Made by a program: the position numbers and the translations under genes
DNA from: Chloroflexota bacterium
GTDB lineage: Bacteria; Chloroflexota; UBA11872; VXOZ01
Length of the DNA stretch: 64,000 nucleotides
Direction: 5' to 3'
NCBI GenBank assembly: GCA_963663275.1
Contig: OY760183.1
Coordinates: 2,848,001-2,912,000, forward strand
Notes under the pieces: generated by a model
What the model saw: the letters and a program-made list of their open reading frames with translations, nothing else
Databases searched by the model: none
What the model was told of the DNA's origin: nothing
In this document: piece after piece, positions 9,830 through 18,397 of the stretch
Layout of the letters: every line of letters starts with the position of its first letter
Position numbering within the stretch: the first letter of the stretch is position 1

Positions 9830-10714
9830 ATGCAGATGGAAGAGAGAGTCGCCGCTTTCCTGGACCACATTACCGAGCAGCGTGACCTATCGGCGAACAC
9901 GCGGGCGGCGTATCGAAACGACTTGTCCCAATTGACCCGTTTTCTCCAGGCCAGGGGCATGGACGACTGGCACGGGGATGCCGCGTGGGTGGAGGCGTAC
10001 AGCCAGGATCTCATGGAACGCGGCTACAGCGCCGCCACCCGGGCGCGCAAAGTTGCCGCCGTGCGCTCGTTCTACCGCTACCTTTCCGATGAAGGGGTCG
10101 TGGCCGAGGATCCGACGCAGGATCTGGCCGGCGGGCGCGTCGAGCGCGCCCCGCCCACGGTGCTCAGCCACGAGCAAGTCGCCGCTCTCTTTGCGGCGGC
10201 CCGGGAGCGCTCATCGCCGGAAGCCCTGCGCGACCAGAGCATCTTGAGCCTCTTGTACGCGACCGGCCTGCGCATTACCGAGGCGCTGGGCCTCGACCTG
10301 GACGACATCGACCGAGAGCAGCGGCGCCTTATCGTGCGCGGGCGCAAGCGCCAGGCGGAAGCGCCCCTGGACGAGGCGTGCCTGGACGCGCTCGACCGCT
10401 ACGTCACGCAGAGCCGCCCCCGGTTGCGTACTTCCCAGTCCGGCCAGGCGCTCTATCTCAACCATCGGGGGCAGCGCCTCACCCGCCAGGGTTTCTGGCT
10501 GGCGCTCAAGCGTTTTGCGCGGGCGGCGAACTTGCCCGAGGTCACCCCGCAGACGTTGCGCCATACCTTTGCCGCGCACGCCCTGGAAGGCCAAGCGCCG
10601 CTCGAGCGCGTGCGCTCGATGCTGGGCCACAGCAACGTGAGTTCGACCCGGCGCTACACCCAGCTTACGGATGACGGCGCGGGAACCGAATCGAGCGCAG
10701 GAAACGCCAAATAG
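9830..10714 (+). CDS. xerD: XerD-like tyrosine recombinase
   Basis: LSANT.AAYRNDL N-domain; LYATGLRITE, LTRQGFW, LRHTFA, LGH...TRRY. Confidence 0.8.
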   Translation: MQMEERVAAFLDHITEQRDLSANTRAAYRNDLSQLTRFLQARGMDDWHGDAAWVEAYSQDLMERGYSAATRARKVAAVRSFYRYLSDEGVVAEDPTQDLAGGRVERAPPTVLSHEQVAALFAAARERSSPEALRDQSILSLLYATGLRITEALGLDLDDIDREQRRLIVRGRKRQAEAPLDEACLDALDRYVTQSRPRLRTSQSGQALYLNHRGQRLTRQGFWLALKRFARAANLPEVTPQTLRHTFAAHALEGQAPLERVRSMLGHSNVSSTRRYTQLTDDGAGTESSAGNAK

Positions 10715-10725
10715 AAAGAACGTCG

Positions 10726-12729
10726 ATGCAGACCGTCCGCCGCCACCTATCCGCTCTACTCGTTTCGCTCCTTCTGCTGGCAGCGCTGCTCAGCGCCGCC
10801 TGCGGACAAAACGGTACGGAGCGCGAGACGCTCTACTCCGCGAGCGACGGCCCCGCCGGGATAGAAGCGTCAGGCCGGTTCAAGCCGCTGGCATCCCAGG
10901 AGGCGGCGGAAGAGACGCTCCAGCGGCTGCTGGCAACCGACAAGCCCGAACGCGACCTCTTCGACATCGGCAGACGCTACAAGGGCCTGACGGACGACGT
11001 CCCGCGCGTGGTGAACGCCGCGCGGCCCGACTACCCGCTGGAAACGGTGCAAACCTTCTGGCTTGCCGACGACGCCAACGGCACGTACTACCCGATCAAC
11101 GCGGTGCTGCTGGGGAAATCGGCGCACCTCTACATGTACGTCGAGGAAGGACTGGACGTGCCCCAGGCCGGGATCGACAAGACGCTCCGCGTCTTCGAGG
11201 CAACCATCTACCCCACAATCAGATGGTACTTCGGCGCGGAGCGGGAGCCAGGGATTGACAACGATCCTCGGATTACGGTGCTCAACGCGCATATCCCCGG
11301 CGTGGGCGGCTATTACTCCTCCGCGGACGGGTATCCAAGCGCGGTCAATCCCTACAGCAATGAACGGGAGATGTTCTACATCAACATTGGCGGCCGCGGC
11401 TACGGTCCCGGCACGGACAACTATCTGTCTACGCTCTGCCACGAGTTCCAGCACATGGTGCACTGGAACCAGAACCCGACCCAGGAGACCTGGCTCAACG
11501 AAGGCGCCGCCGTGGTCGCGTCGCGGCTCTGCGGCTACGGCGTCGGCGGGCTGGTCAATTGGTTCGCGGAGAACGCCGACGTGCAACTAACCTCCTGGAG
11601 CGACGATTCGAGCGCCGCCATACCGCATTACGCGGCGGCCTACCTCTTCACGGAGTACTTCGCCCAGCACTACGGCGGCCACGAGAAGCTGAAGGACTTG
11701 ATTGCCCTGCCGCTGCGCGGCCAGGCGTCCATCGACGCGTTCCTGGCGCAAGAGGGCTATGACGTGACGTTCTACGACGTGTTTGCGGATTGGACGGCGG
11801 CAAACTACGTTGACGATGGACGCCCGGACGACGGCGCTTATACCTACAACGTGCGCCTTCCCAACATGCGCTCCCAGCAAGTGGTGCGCAATGAGACCTT
11901 CGACAGCGACCTGACGGTCAACCAGTTTGGCACGCAGTACGTGGATCTGCGCCTGCCGCAAGGGGACTATACGCTGGAGTTCGAAGGCGCGCCGCAGGTG
12001 CGGCTCTTCGCCACCACCGCCCCCAGCGGCGCAAACGTGTGGTGGAGCAATCGCTCCGACATGGCGAGCACGTCGCTCACAGGCGCGTTCGACCTGCGCA
12101 ACGCGTCGGCCCCGGCGCTGCGGTTCCGCACGTGGTACGACATCGAACCGGACTTCGACTACGCCTACGTGGCGGTTTCGATTGACGGCGGCGAGACCTG
12201 GACGACGCTGCCGGGCGCCACCACCACCACTGAGGACCCGAACGGCAACAACCTCGGCCACGGCTTTACCGGCGCCAGCGGCGGCGGTGAGCGCCCCGAG
12301 TGGATCGAAGAAGAGATCGACCTTGCCGAGTACGCTGGCAAGCAGATACTGCTCCGCCTCGAGTACGTCACCGACGACGCGGTCAACGGCGTCGGCTTTC
12401 TGGTGGACGACCTTTCCATCAGCGAGATCGGCTTTAGCGACGACGCCGAGACCGACGGCGCGTGGGAAGCGCGGGGCTTCTTCCGCACGGACGGCATTCT
12501 GCCGCAGTACTTCATCGTCCAACTGGTGCGCTACGCGGACGGCCTGCCGGCGGTGGAACGCGCCATGCTCATCGGACGGGATGAGGTGGGTGTTTCGTTC
12601 TCCCTGGCCGGCTTTGGGGAAGAGGTGCAGCGCGCCGCGCTCATCGTCAGCGGCGCGACGCCGGTCACCACTGAGGACGCGCGCTTCAACGTGCGCCTCG
12701 CTCCGGTTGCCGGCGGCGACAGCGAATAG
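10726..12729 (+). CDS. Secreted/lipoprotein zinc metallopeptidase with immune-inhibitor-A-like C-terminal domain
   Basis: SAAC lipobox; HEFQH...WLNEG zincin motif; WYDIEPDFDYAYV...YVTDDAV..GF.VDD domain. Confidence 0.8.
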   Translation: MQTVRRHLSALLVSLLLLAALLSAACGQNGTERETLYSASDGPAGIEASGRFKPLASQEAAEETLQRLLATDKPERDLFDIGRRYKGLTDDVPRVVNAARPDYPLETVQTFWLADDANGTYYPINAVLLGKSAHLYMYVEEGLDVPQAGIDKTLRVFEATIYPTIRWYFGAEREPGIDNDPRITVLNAHIPGVGGYYSSADGYPSAVNPYSNEREMFYINIGGRGYGPGTDNYLSTLCHEFQHMVHWNQNPTQETWLNEGAAVVASRLCGYGVGGLVNWFAENADVQLTSWSDDSSAAIPHYAAAYLFTEYFAQHYGGHEKLKDLIALPLRGQASIDAFLAQEGYDVTFYDVFADWTAANYVDDGRPDDGAYTYNVRLPNMRSQQVVRNETFDSDLTVNQFGTQYVDLRLPQGDYTLEFEGAPQVRLFATTAPSGANVWWSNRSDMASTSLTGAFDLRNASAPALRFRTWYDIEPDFDYAYVAVSIDGGETWTTLPGATTTTEDPNGNNLGHGFTGASGGGERPEWIEEEIDLAEYAGKQILLRLEYVTDDAVNGVGFLVDDLSISEIGFSDDAETDGAWEARGFFRTDGILPQYFIVQLVRYADGLPAVERAMLIGRDEVGVSFSLAGFGEEVQRAALIVSGATPVTTEDARFNVRLAPVAGGDSE

Positions 12730-12776
12730 CCGCGTTCCCCGCCTAGCCGTCTGCGCCCTCTCGGAAGAAGCGAATG

Positions 12777-14756
12777 CTATTCCCCACCAGCTAACTCCTG
12801 GCGGCGTTGGACGTAGTCCTGCACCGCCAGCAGGAATTCGGCGTGGCTCCACGTGTACGGCGTTACCGAGAGCGGCGCGTGGGTGTAGGGGTGGACCTGC
12901 TCGGCAAACATGCCGGTAGCCACCGCGTGTCGGCGCGCCCATTGCAGCAGTTCCCCGGCCGGCTTCAGGTCCGCCAGAGTCCGCGCCCGTGCCACGTGCC
13001 AGCGGCAGAGCCACATAGTCGTCACCACCCAGGGATTGCCGGGCACGTTGCCCACGTCCGTGCTGACCTGGTGGAAGCGGTCGTTCTCGAAGCGGGCCAG
13101 GCCGCCGACTTCCGTATGGCACCACAGTTGCTGGCGCACGGCCGCCATGGTGCGTTCCATGCGCTCGTCCCCGGCCGGTACCATGCCAAAGAGGCCGACA
13201 CCGGCGATGCTGGCGTCCAGCGTGAGGTCCGGCACCGGCTCGCGGTTGCCGTAGAGGCGCAGGCGCGTGACGTAGCGCCCGGTTTCCGCATCGTAGAAGA
13301 GCGCGGCGAACGCCCGGCGGATTTGCTCCGCGGCCTCCCGCGCGGCCTCCGTCAGTTCCGGCTGGCCGAAGGCCGCCGTAAACGTGCACGCGGCCCGCAG
13401 CCCGGCCCACGTGGCCGCCAGCGTGTAGGCGTGCAACCCGTAGGTCTCTTCCCACAGATCGAAGGAAGGCAGCGGCAAGCCGGTCTCCGGTTCGCGATGG
13501 CTGAGGAGGAAGTCCAGCGCCGGTTGCACCAGGTCGGCGTAGAGCGAGCGCACGAAGTCGAAGTCCCGGTCCAGGCCGAAGTGCTCGCCCAGCGCCCAGA
13601 GCAGCGTCGCCGTATTGTCGGCGGCCACCGGCAGCGTTTCTTTGCCGTCCGGCGCCACCCACGCGTGATCCAAGCTGCCCACCGCGCCAAACGAGGTGTA
13701 CTTGGAAAAGAGGTAGCCGTCGGCGGTAGGCAGTTGGCGGCAGAACTCGAAGAAGTGGCGCGTGAGGTCCGTAAAGCCCGCCCGGTCCAGCGCCACCCCG
13801 GCCAGCGCCCCCACCCGCGGCAACAGATAGCTGTACGTGTCCCCCGTGCGGCGGGCAACGTCGGGATCGCTGCCGGCCATGATCGCCCCGGTGCTGTCCA
13901 CCTGCGTCCGCAGCGTGAGCAGGCTCCGGTGGTAGAGGTCCCAGATTTCTTGCGGAATGTCCGGCTTGGGCGTGCGGTGCTTGCGCACCCAGAACGACCA
14001 GTACTCCTGCGTGCGGTGGATGAAGCTATCCGGCGTGCGGAAGCGAATCAAGCGGTTGTCGTCCAGCACGGCGTCCAGGCCGGTATTGGCCGCTAGCCAG
14101 TGGTAGCCGGTGCGGGTCTCTCCCGCCGGCACGCGGCCCAGCGCCAACATGCCCACGCAGTCCACGTCGCCCCGCGAAACGGCGTTTTGCGAAAGCCAGC
14201 CGTCTTCGGCGTCCTGCCACGACCCCCGCGCGCCCTCGGCCGTGTAGACGCCCGTTGCCCAGTCCTGGATGCCGGGCTTGTCGCCGGCCATGACGTTCAT
14301 CAGAAAGAAGCGCTGCCCCTTGTAGGCAATCAGCGACTGCGTGGGCGGATGGTAGAATACCGTGTCGCCAATGTCCGGGCCCCAAAGTTCCCACTCGTAC
14401 TGGAAGTAGAGGCGAATCTCGCGGGCGTCGTCCGTCGTGTTCTTTACGTCAAGTTGCCGCAGCAGGAAGTCGCGCACGAAGTCCAGGCAGTCCGTAAACT
14501 CGATTTCGATGCCCAACCGCCGGTGGACGGCCCTGGCGCGGGAAACCAGAGAGTAGTCGCGATAGCCGGGCGTGATCTCCCAGGCCGGATCGCCCAGCCA
14601 GGAGAATTGGTCGTCCACCCAGACGCCGACGCGGGAAGGCCGCGCCGCCAGGTGATTGTCGGCGCCGACGTTCGGATAGTAGAGATCCCGAATGCGGTAG
14701 CGCTCATCGAAGTTGACGAGCATGCTGCCGTTGCCAATGGTAAGCGCGCGCGGCAC
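12777..14756 (-). CDS. Glycoside hydrolase family 15 (glucoamylase/trehalase-like)
   Basis: IGNGSMLVNFD N-terminus, SFDLWEE, GNPW, FAEQV, TWSHA. Confidence 0.85.
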   Translation of the reverse strand: MPRALTIGNGSMLVNFDERYRIRDLYYPNVGADNHLAARPSRVGVWVDDQFSWLGDPAWEITPGYRDYSLVSRARAVHRRLGIEIEFTDCLDFVRDFLLRQLDVKNTTDDAREIRLYFQYEWELWGPDIGDTVFYHPPTQSLIAYKGQRFFLMNVMAGDKPGIQDWATGVYTAEGARGSWQDAEDGWLSQNAVSRGDVDCVGMLALGRVPAGETRTGYHWLAANTGLDAVLDDNRLIRFRTPDSFIHRTQEYWSFWVRKHRTPKPDIPQEIWDLYHRSLLTLRTQVDSTGAIMAGSDPDVARRTGDTYSYLLPRVGALAGVALDRAGFTDLTRHFFEFCRQLPTADGYLFSKYTSFGAVGSLDHAWVAPDGKETLPVAADNTATLLWALGEHFGLDRDFDFVRSLYADLVQPALDFLLSHREPETGLPLPSFDLWEETYGLHAYTLAATWAGLRAACTFTAAFGQPELTEAAREAAEQIRRAFAALFYDAETGRYVTRLRLYGNREPVPDLTLDASIAGVGLFGMVPAGDERMERTMAAVRQQLWCHTEVGGLARFENDRFHQVSTDVGNVPGNPWVVTTMWLCRWHVARARTLADLKPAGELLQWARRHAVATGMFAEQVHPYTHAPLSVTPYTWSHAEFLLAVQDYVQRRQELAGGE

Positions 14757-14980
14757 AGTGCTCCCTCCTCAAGTCGTGGTGCGCCACTCGCTCTACTATA
14801 GCAGTCTTGCGCGCGCTGGGGACGGGGGCCAAGACGGCCGCTTCCCCGTTGGTCCTGAGCACGTCGAAGGGTGAACGGCTGCTCCGCGCGCAGTCTGCGC
14901 TCATGCTCCGGCCTGAGTTACTCCTGCGAACTCAAACCAGGAAATTGGAGGCGGTTTTCTTTCAGCTTCTCTAATAACGA

Positions 14981-15008
14981 TTGACTACCCAAGCCGGTGT
15001 GTTATCCT
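14981..15008 (+). promoter_or_regulatory. Putative sigma70 promoter of the CxxC paralogue cluster
   Basis: TTGACT-16 bp-TATCCT with a TGn extension. Confidence 0.55.
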
Positions 15009-15010
15009 AA

Positions 15011-15145
15011 CTGTGGAAGTTGGCGGCACCGGCGCGACCGGTGGGTATTTCCTCGACACATAGGGGTGTTGAAAGGCCACCAAGGGCGCGTCTCACGCTG
15101 CCAACGAGAATGAACTTGCGCGAAGTGTTGATGATTTCCGCAGGA
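15011..15145 (+). ncRNA. Candidate structured 5' leader RNA (no known family recognised)
   Basis: Nested stems CTGTGGAA/TTCCGCAG, GTTGGCGGC/GCTGCCAAC, CACCGG/CCGGTG, TCGACAC/GTGTTGA, lying between promoter and RBS. Confidence 0.45.
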
Positions 15146-15153
15146 AGGCGGCG

Positions 15154-15657
15154 ATGCCGGTTCATCGACCCACTACGTTACCGGTAGTCGGCACGGCCAG
15201 GGGATTGCTTGCGCATCCGGACATACCGGCCTTTCCGCTGGAGGCGTTCCGCGCCGCCCACCCTTCCGGCCAACTGCGGTGCGGGAGTTGCGGTGAATTG
15301 GTGCGGCACGACCCGTGCTCGGTCGTGGAATCATTGTTAGAGCACATGCCGGCGGCAGCGAAGCGCCTCTGGGGGCCTGAGACACCCATTGCGGTGAGTC
15401 TCGCCCACGACTTCTACCCATACCAGCCGCACGCCGCGACTCCGGACTGCGGTGGCGAGCCACCGGCCACGTTGCACGTGCTTGTGTATGAAGACGGCGC
15501 ACGGGAGAAGTGGCTCAGCAACGACGACGGGCAATGCGAGCGCTACTATGGCATCGTCTACCGCAACGCGGCGTCTCTGTCGATGCCGCTAGGACGTGCC
15601 CCCGCGCCCGTATTCCGTGAAGTCTGGTATCCCACCGGCGACTTTCGCGAACTCTGA
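15154..15657 (+). CDS. Hypothetical CxxC protein, type A copy 1 (frame continues to 15720 past a UGA)
   Basis: AGGAAGG RBS; clear paralogue of 16284-16781 (PSGQ.RCGSCGEL, WGP, DDG..E..YGIV.R, REVWYPTG.FR). Confidence 0.8.
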   Translation: MPVHRPTTLPVVGTARGLLAHPDIPAFPLEAFRAAHPSGQLRCGSCGELVRHDPCSVVESLLEHMPAAAKRLWGPETPIAVSLAHDFYPYQPHAATPDCGGEPPATLHVLVYEDGAREKWLSNDDGQCERYYGIVYRNAASLSMPLGRAPAPVFREVWYPTGDFREL

Positions 15658-15753
15658 CGCCCTACCGGCGGCTTACGGGAGAACCTGCACCCTACCGGAG
15701 GCATTCGCGAGGGCGTGTAACTTGGAAGCGAACTCCAATCCGTTTTGCCTGAG

Positions 15754-15893
15754 GAGACCCTTGCAAGAGTCCGTCATTCCGGTGAAAGCCGGAATCCAGG
15801 GTACCTTTACACTACCATCAACATGAAGTCAAGCCAATTCACCTTAATGCCAAACCTTGGCCCTTGATTGGGAAGGGGTTACGCAGAGGTCTC
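15754..15893. mobile_element. MITE-like element with GAGACC(T/C)TTGC...GCA(A/G)AGGTCTC terminal inverted repeats
   Basis: Imperfect TIRs; interior is homologous to 48153-48456 in reverse orientation. Confidence 0.7.
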
Positions 15894-15937
15894 CCCAGGC
15901 AGATGGCTAGAACGAAGGTTGACCGTGGAGGTCGGCA

Positions 15938-16246
15938 ATGCCGGCGCATGAGATCATCGTCACGCGTATTCCCCAGGAACGCGGGGAGGAACCGGCGGCG
16001 GGCGTAGCTCAACCGCAGACCGTAGGGGACTACCGCGCCCGCTACGGTAACCGCATAGTGTGCCGTACCTGCCGAGAGGAAATCAGCGTCAGCGGCTTGG
16101 AGCAGGTGTGGGAAGCGTACGGTCCTGACGCCGTAATCGATATTTCCCACCGGGGCTTGCGCCTGCCCGGCGATCCGGTCGATCTGCCGCTCGCGCCGGG
16201 CTGGCAGCCTCAGCCGCGCCGGCCCGCCGCCGCGTCCGACGAGTAA
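15938..16246 (+). CDS. Hypothetical CxxC protein, type B copy 1
   Basis: GGAGG RBS; paralogue of 17330-17620 (MP.HEIIV.RIP, TV..YRA, CxxC, GP(D/E)A, PG(D/E)P). Confidence 0.8.
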   Translation: MPAHEIIVTRIPQERGEEPAAGVAQPQTVGDYRARYGNRIVCRTCREEISVSGLEQVWEAYGPDAVIDISHRGLRLPGDPVDLPLAPGWQPQPRRPAAASDE

Positions 16247-16283
16247 CGCCCGAAAAGAGAACGGCAGCACAGGGAGGGCAGCA

Positions 16284-16781
16284 ATGCCACCACGGCAACA
16301 GCCAATCCATCGAACCCTCACGGGACTGGCCGTTTCCGAGCACGAGGGCCAGCCCGTGCATCTCCACATCCCGGCCTACACGGTGGCCGAGTTCCGCCGC
16401 GCCTATCCTTCAGGTCAGGTGCGCTGCGGCAGTTGCGGCGAACTGCTGGACTATCAGCGCGGCTTCGAACTAACGGAGGAGCGGTGGGGGCCGGATACGG
16501 TCATGACGTTCGCGCTCTCGCACGAGTACTTCCCGGCTGACTTCCTTGAGCAGGACTCCACGCCGGCCGCGGCAGGCCAGGCCCTTGGGCAATGCCCGGT
16601 GCTCTATTCCGATGACATCCGCGAGGAGTACGCCCGGCGCGACGACGGTCGCGACGAATGGCTCTACGGCATCGTGTTCCGCGACGCGCGCGCGCCGGAG
16701 CGCGTGTACCGTGAGGTCTGGTACCCCACCGGCGTGTTTCGTTCCCCTCTCCCCGATGAGACCTTTGCAAAACCTCGCTGA
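16284..16781 (+). CDS. Hypothetical CxxC protein, type A copy 2
   Basis: GGGAGG RBS; paralogue of 15154-15657. Confidence 0.8.
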   Translation: MPPRQQPIHRTLTGLAVSEHEGQPVHLHIPAYTVAEFRRAYPSGQVRCGSCGELLDYQRGFELTEERWGPDTVMTFALSHEYFPADFLEQDSTPAAAGQALGQCPVLYSDDIREEYARRDDGRDEWLYGIVFRDARAPERVYREVWYPTGVFRSPLPDETFAKPR

Positions 16782-17277
16782 GAGGCGAACAGTTCCCTCT
16801 CCTGGGGGAGAGGGTTAGGGTGAGGGGAGATTGTGCGGCAAGTCGTGCCTATATCTTGCGGAATGGGGGCCGAACCGACGAGGATTCCCCCTCAACGGAC
16901 AGGGGTAGGCATTCTACATTCGACTTCACGTGTCATTCCGAGCGGAGCGCAGCGGAGAGAGGAATCTAAGGTTTTCGCTGCAAAAACGTCGGTTCTAGAT
17001 TCCTCGCTCCGCTCGGAATGACACTTGCCTACCCCTGTCAGCCCCAGGGAGAGGGAGTCTCAATGCGCGCCGACCGTGGTTACGTAAAGGTCTCCGAGGG
17101 CTGACAGGGGCATTTGGCTGACTAGGGCACATAGACGAGAATCGAGTTCACCTGTCATTCCGAACGGAGCGCAGCGGAGAGAGGAATCTAGAGCGCCGGA
17201 CTTTTCTGACGCCGTGCGGCACGTACACTAGATTCCTCGCTGCGCTCGGAATGACGCTTACATACCCTTTCAGGCCC
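16758..17277. mobile_element. Composite of nested MITE-like elements
   Basis: Outer TIRs GAGACCTTTGCAAAACC (16758) / GGTTACGTAAAGGTCTC (17094); inner element 16897-17044 nearly identical to 48183-48334 reversed; a further GGGCTGACAGGGG-ended element at 17098-17277. Confidence 0.75.
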
Positions 17278-17329
17278 CGGGGGTTAGGGTGAGGGCGTTT
17301 GTCCCTGTCAAGGAGCAAGGAGTTCGCCA

Positions 17330-17620
17330 ATGCCGCGCCATGAAATCATCGTCGAGCGCATCCCCGATACGTTCCGGGGCAAGCCGGTGCGCCTGCCGCC
17401 GCCTGAGGCATTGCACACCTTCCACCCAGAGACGGTGGCGGCGTACCGCGCGCTCAACCCCGCGCTGCGGCATGAGTGCCCATCATGCGGTACCACCTTC
17501 GATATGAGCAGCCTGGCGCCGGTCCTGGACGCCTGGGGGCCGGAGGCCCGATTCACCGTCTCGCTGAAGTGCCTGTGGGTGCCGGGCGAGCCGCGCCTCG
17601 ACCCGGAGCAAAGACGGTAA
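17330..17620 (+). CDS. Hypothetical CxxC protein, type B copy 2
   Basis: AAGGAG RBS; paralogue of 15938-16246. Confidence 0.8.
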   Translation: MPRHEIIVERIPDTFRGKPVRLPPPEALHTFHPETVAAYRALNPALRHECPSCGTTFDMSSLAPVLDAWGPEARFTVSLKCLWVPGEPRLDPEQRR

Positions 17621-17857
17621 CGCACACGCGCCAACCTCAAACGACTCTCCACCGAACGCGGCCCGCCGCGGTGACGGCCTGACGCGCGCGCCGCAATTCA
17701 TGCGCGGGCTGTCTCTCACGCTTGCGGCATGGTACGATGAACGTGTCCGCGACGGCGGCGCTAGAGATCGGCGGCCTCTCCCCCGCGTTCTCAGCAGACG
17801 CCAGTGCCCAACTCACGCTCCGCCAGGCGGCCCGCGCCGCCGGAAACGGAAACGCCG

Positions 17858-18370
17858 GTGAACGCATTCCTCACGCAATTGAAGAGCAAGCGCATCATCT
17901 GGCCGCTCCTCCTGACGGCGCTGATCATCGTCTCCGACCAGGTTACCAAGGCCTTCATCGTGGACTGGCTCAAGCCCCAGGGCAGCGTCTCCATCATTGG
18001 CGACCTGCTGCGGCTCACGTTCGTCACGAACACCGGCGTGGCGTTCGGGATGCTCACCGGAATGCCCTACGTGCTCATGGTGCCCATCGTCATCCTCATT
18101 TGCGTCATCATCTTCTATCTGGTCAAGACGCTCGGCCAGTCGTTCGTGCTCACCTTGGCGCTCACCTTAGAACTTGGCGGCGCGCTGGGCAATCTGATCG
18201 ACCGCATTCGCCTGGGCTACGTGGTCGACTTCGTGAAGTTTCCCTACTGGCCGGCCTTCAACGTCGCCGACAGTTGCGTGGTCGTCGGCGCGATCGGCCT
18301 GGCATTCATCCTCTTCTGGCAAGACCGCCAGGAGACCGCGTCCAAACCGGAATCCCCGCCCGCGCCCTAG
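17858..18370 (+). CDS. lspA: Lipoprotein signal peptidase II
   Basis: DQVTK, NTGVAFG, GALGNLIDR, VVDF, FNVAD. Confidence 0.95.
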   Translation: MNAFLTQLKSKRIIWPLLLTALIIVSDQVTKAFIVDWLKPQGSVSIIGDLLRLTFVTNTGVAFGMLTGMPYVLMVPIVILICVIIFYLVKTLGQSFVLTLALTLELGGALGNLIDRIRLGYVVDFVKFPYWPAFNVADSCVVVGAIGLAFILFWQDRQETASKPESPPAP

Positions 18371-18397
18371 GCTGCCGCGCGCCGTTGGAGGCCGACG

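Noticed and set aside
9830-10714. Integrase of a prophage or genomic island
   Set aside because: XerD-type signatures, housekeeping neighbours, no att repeats or phage genes seen
15011-15150. Retron msr-msd or DGR template repeat
   Set aside because: No reverse transcriptase in the window, and the paralogue differences are not adenine-specific
16833-17330. Small ORFs in repeat DNA (also 46186-46479, 48206-48877)
   Set aside because: They are translations of MITE, palindrome or tandem-repeat sequence without coding signals
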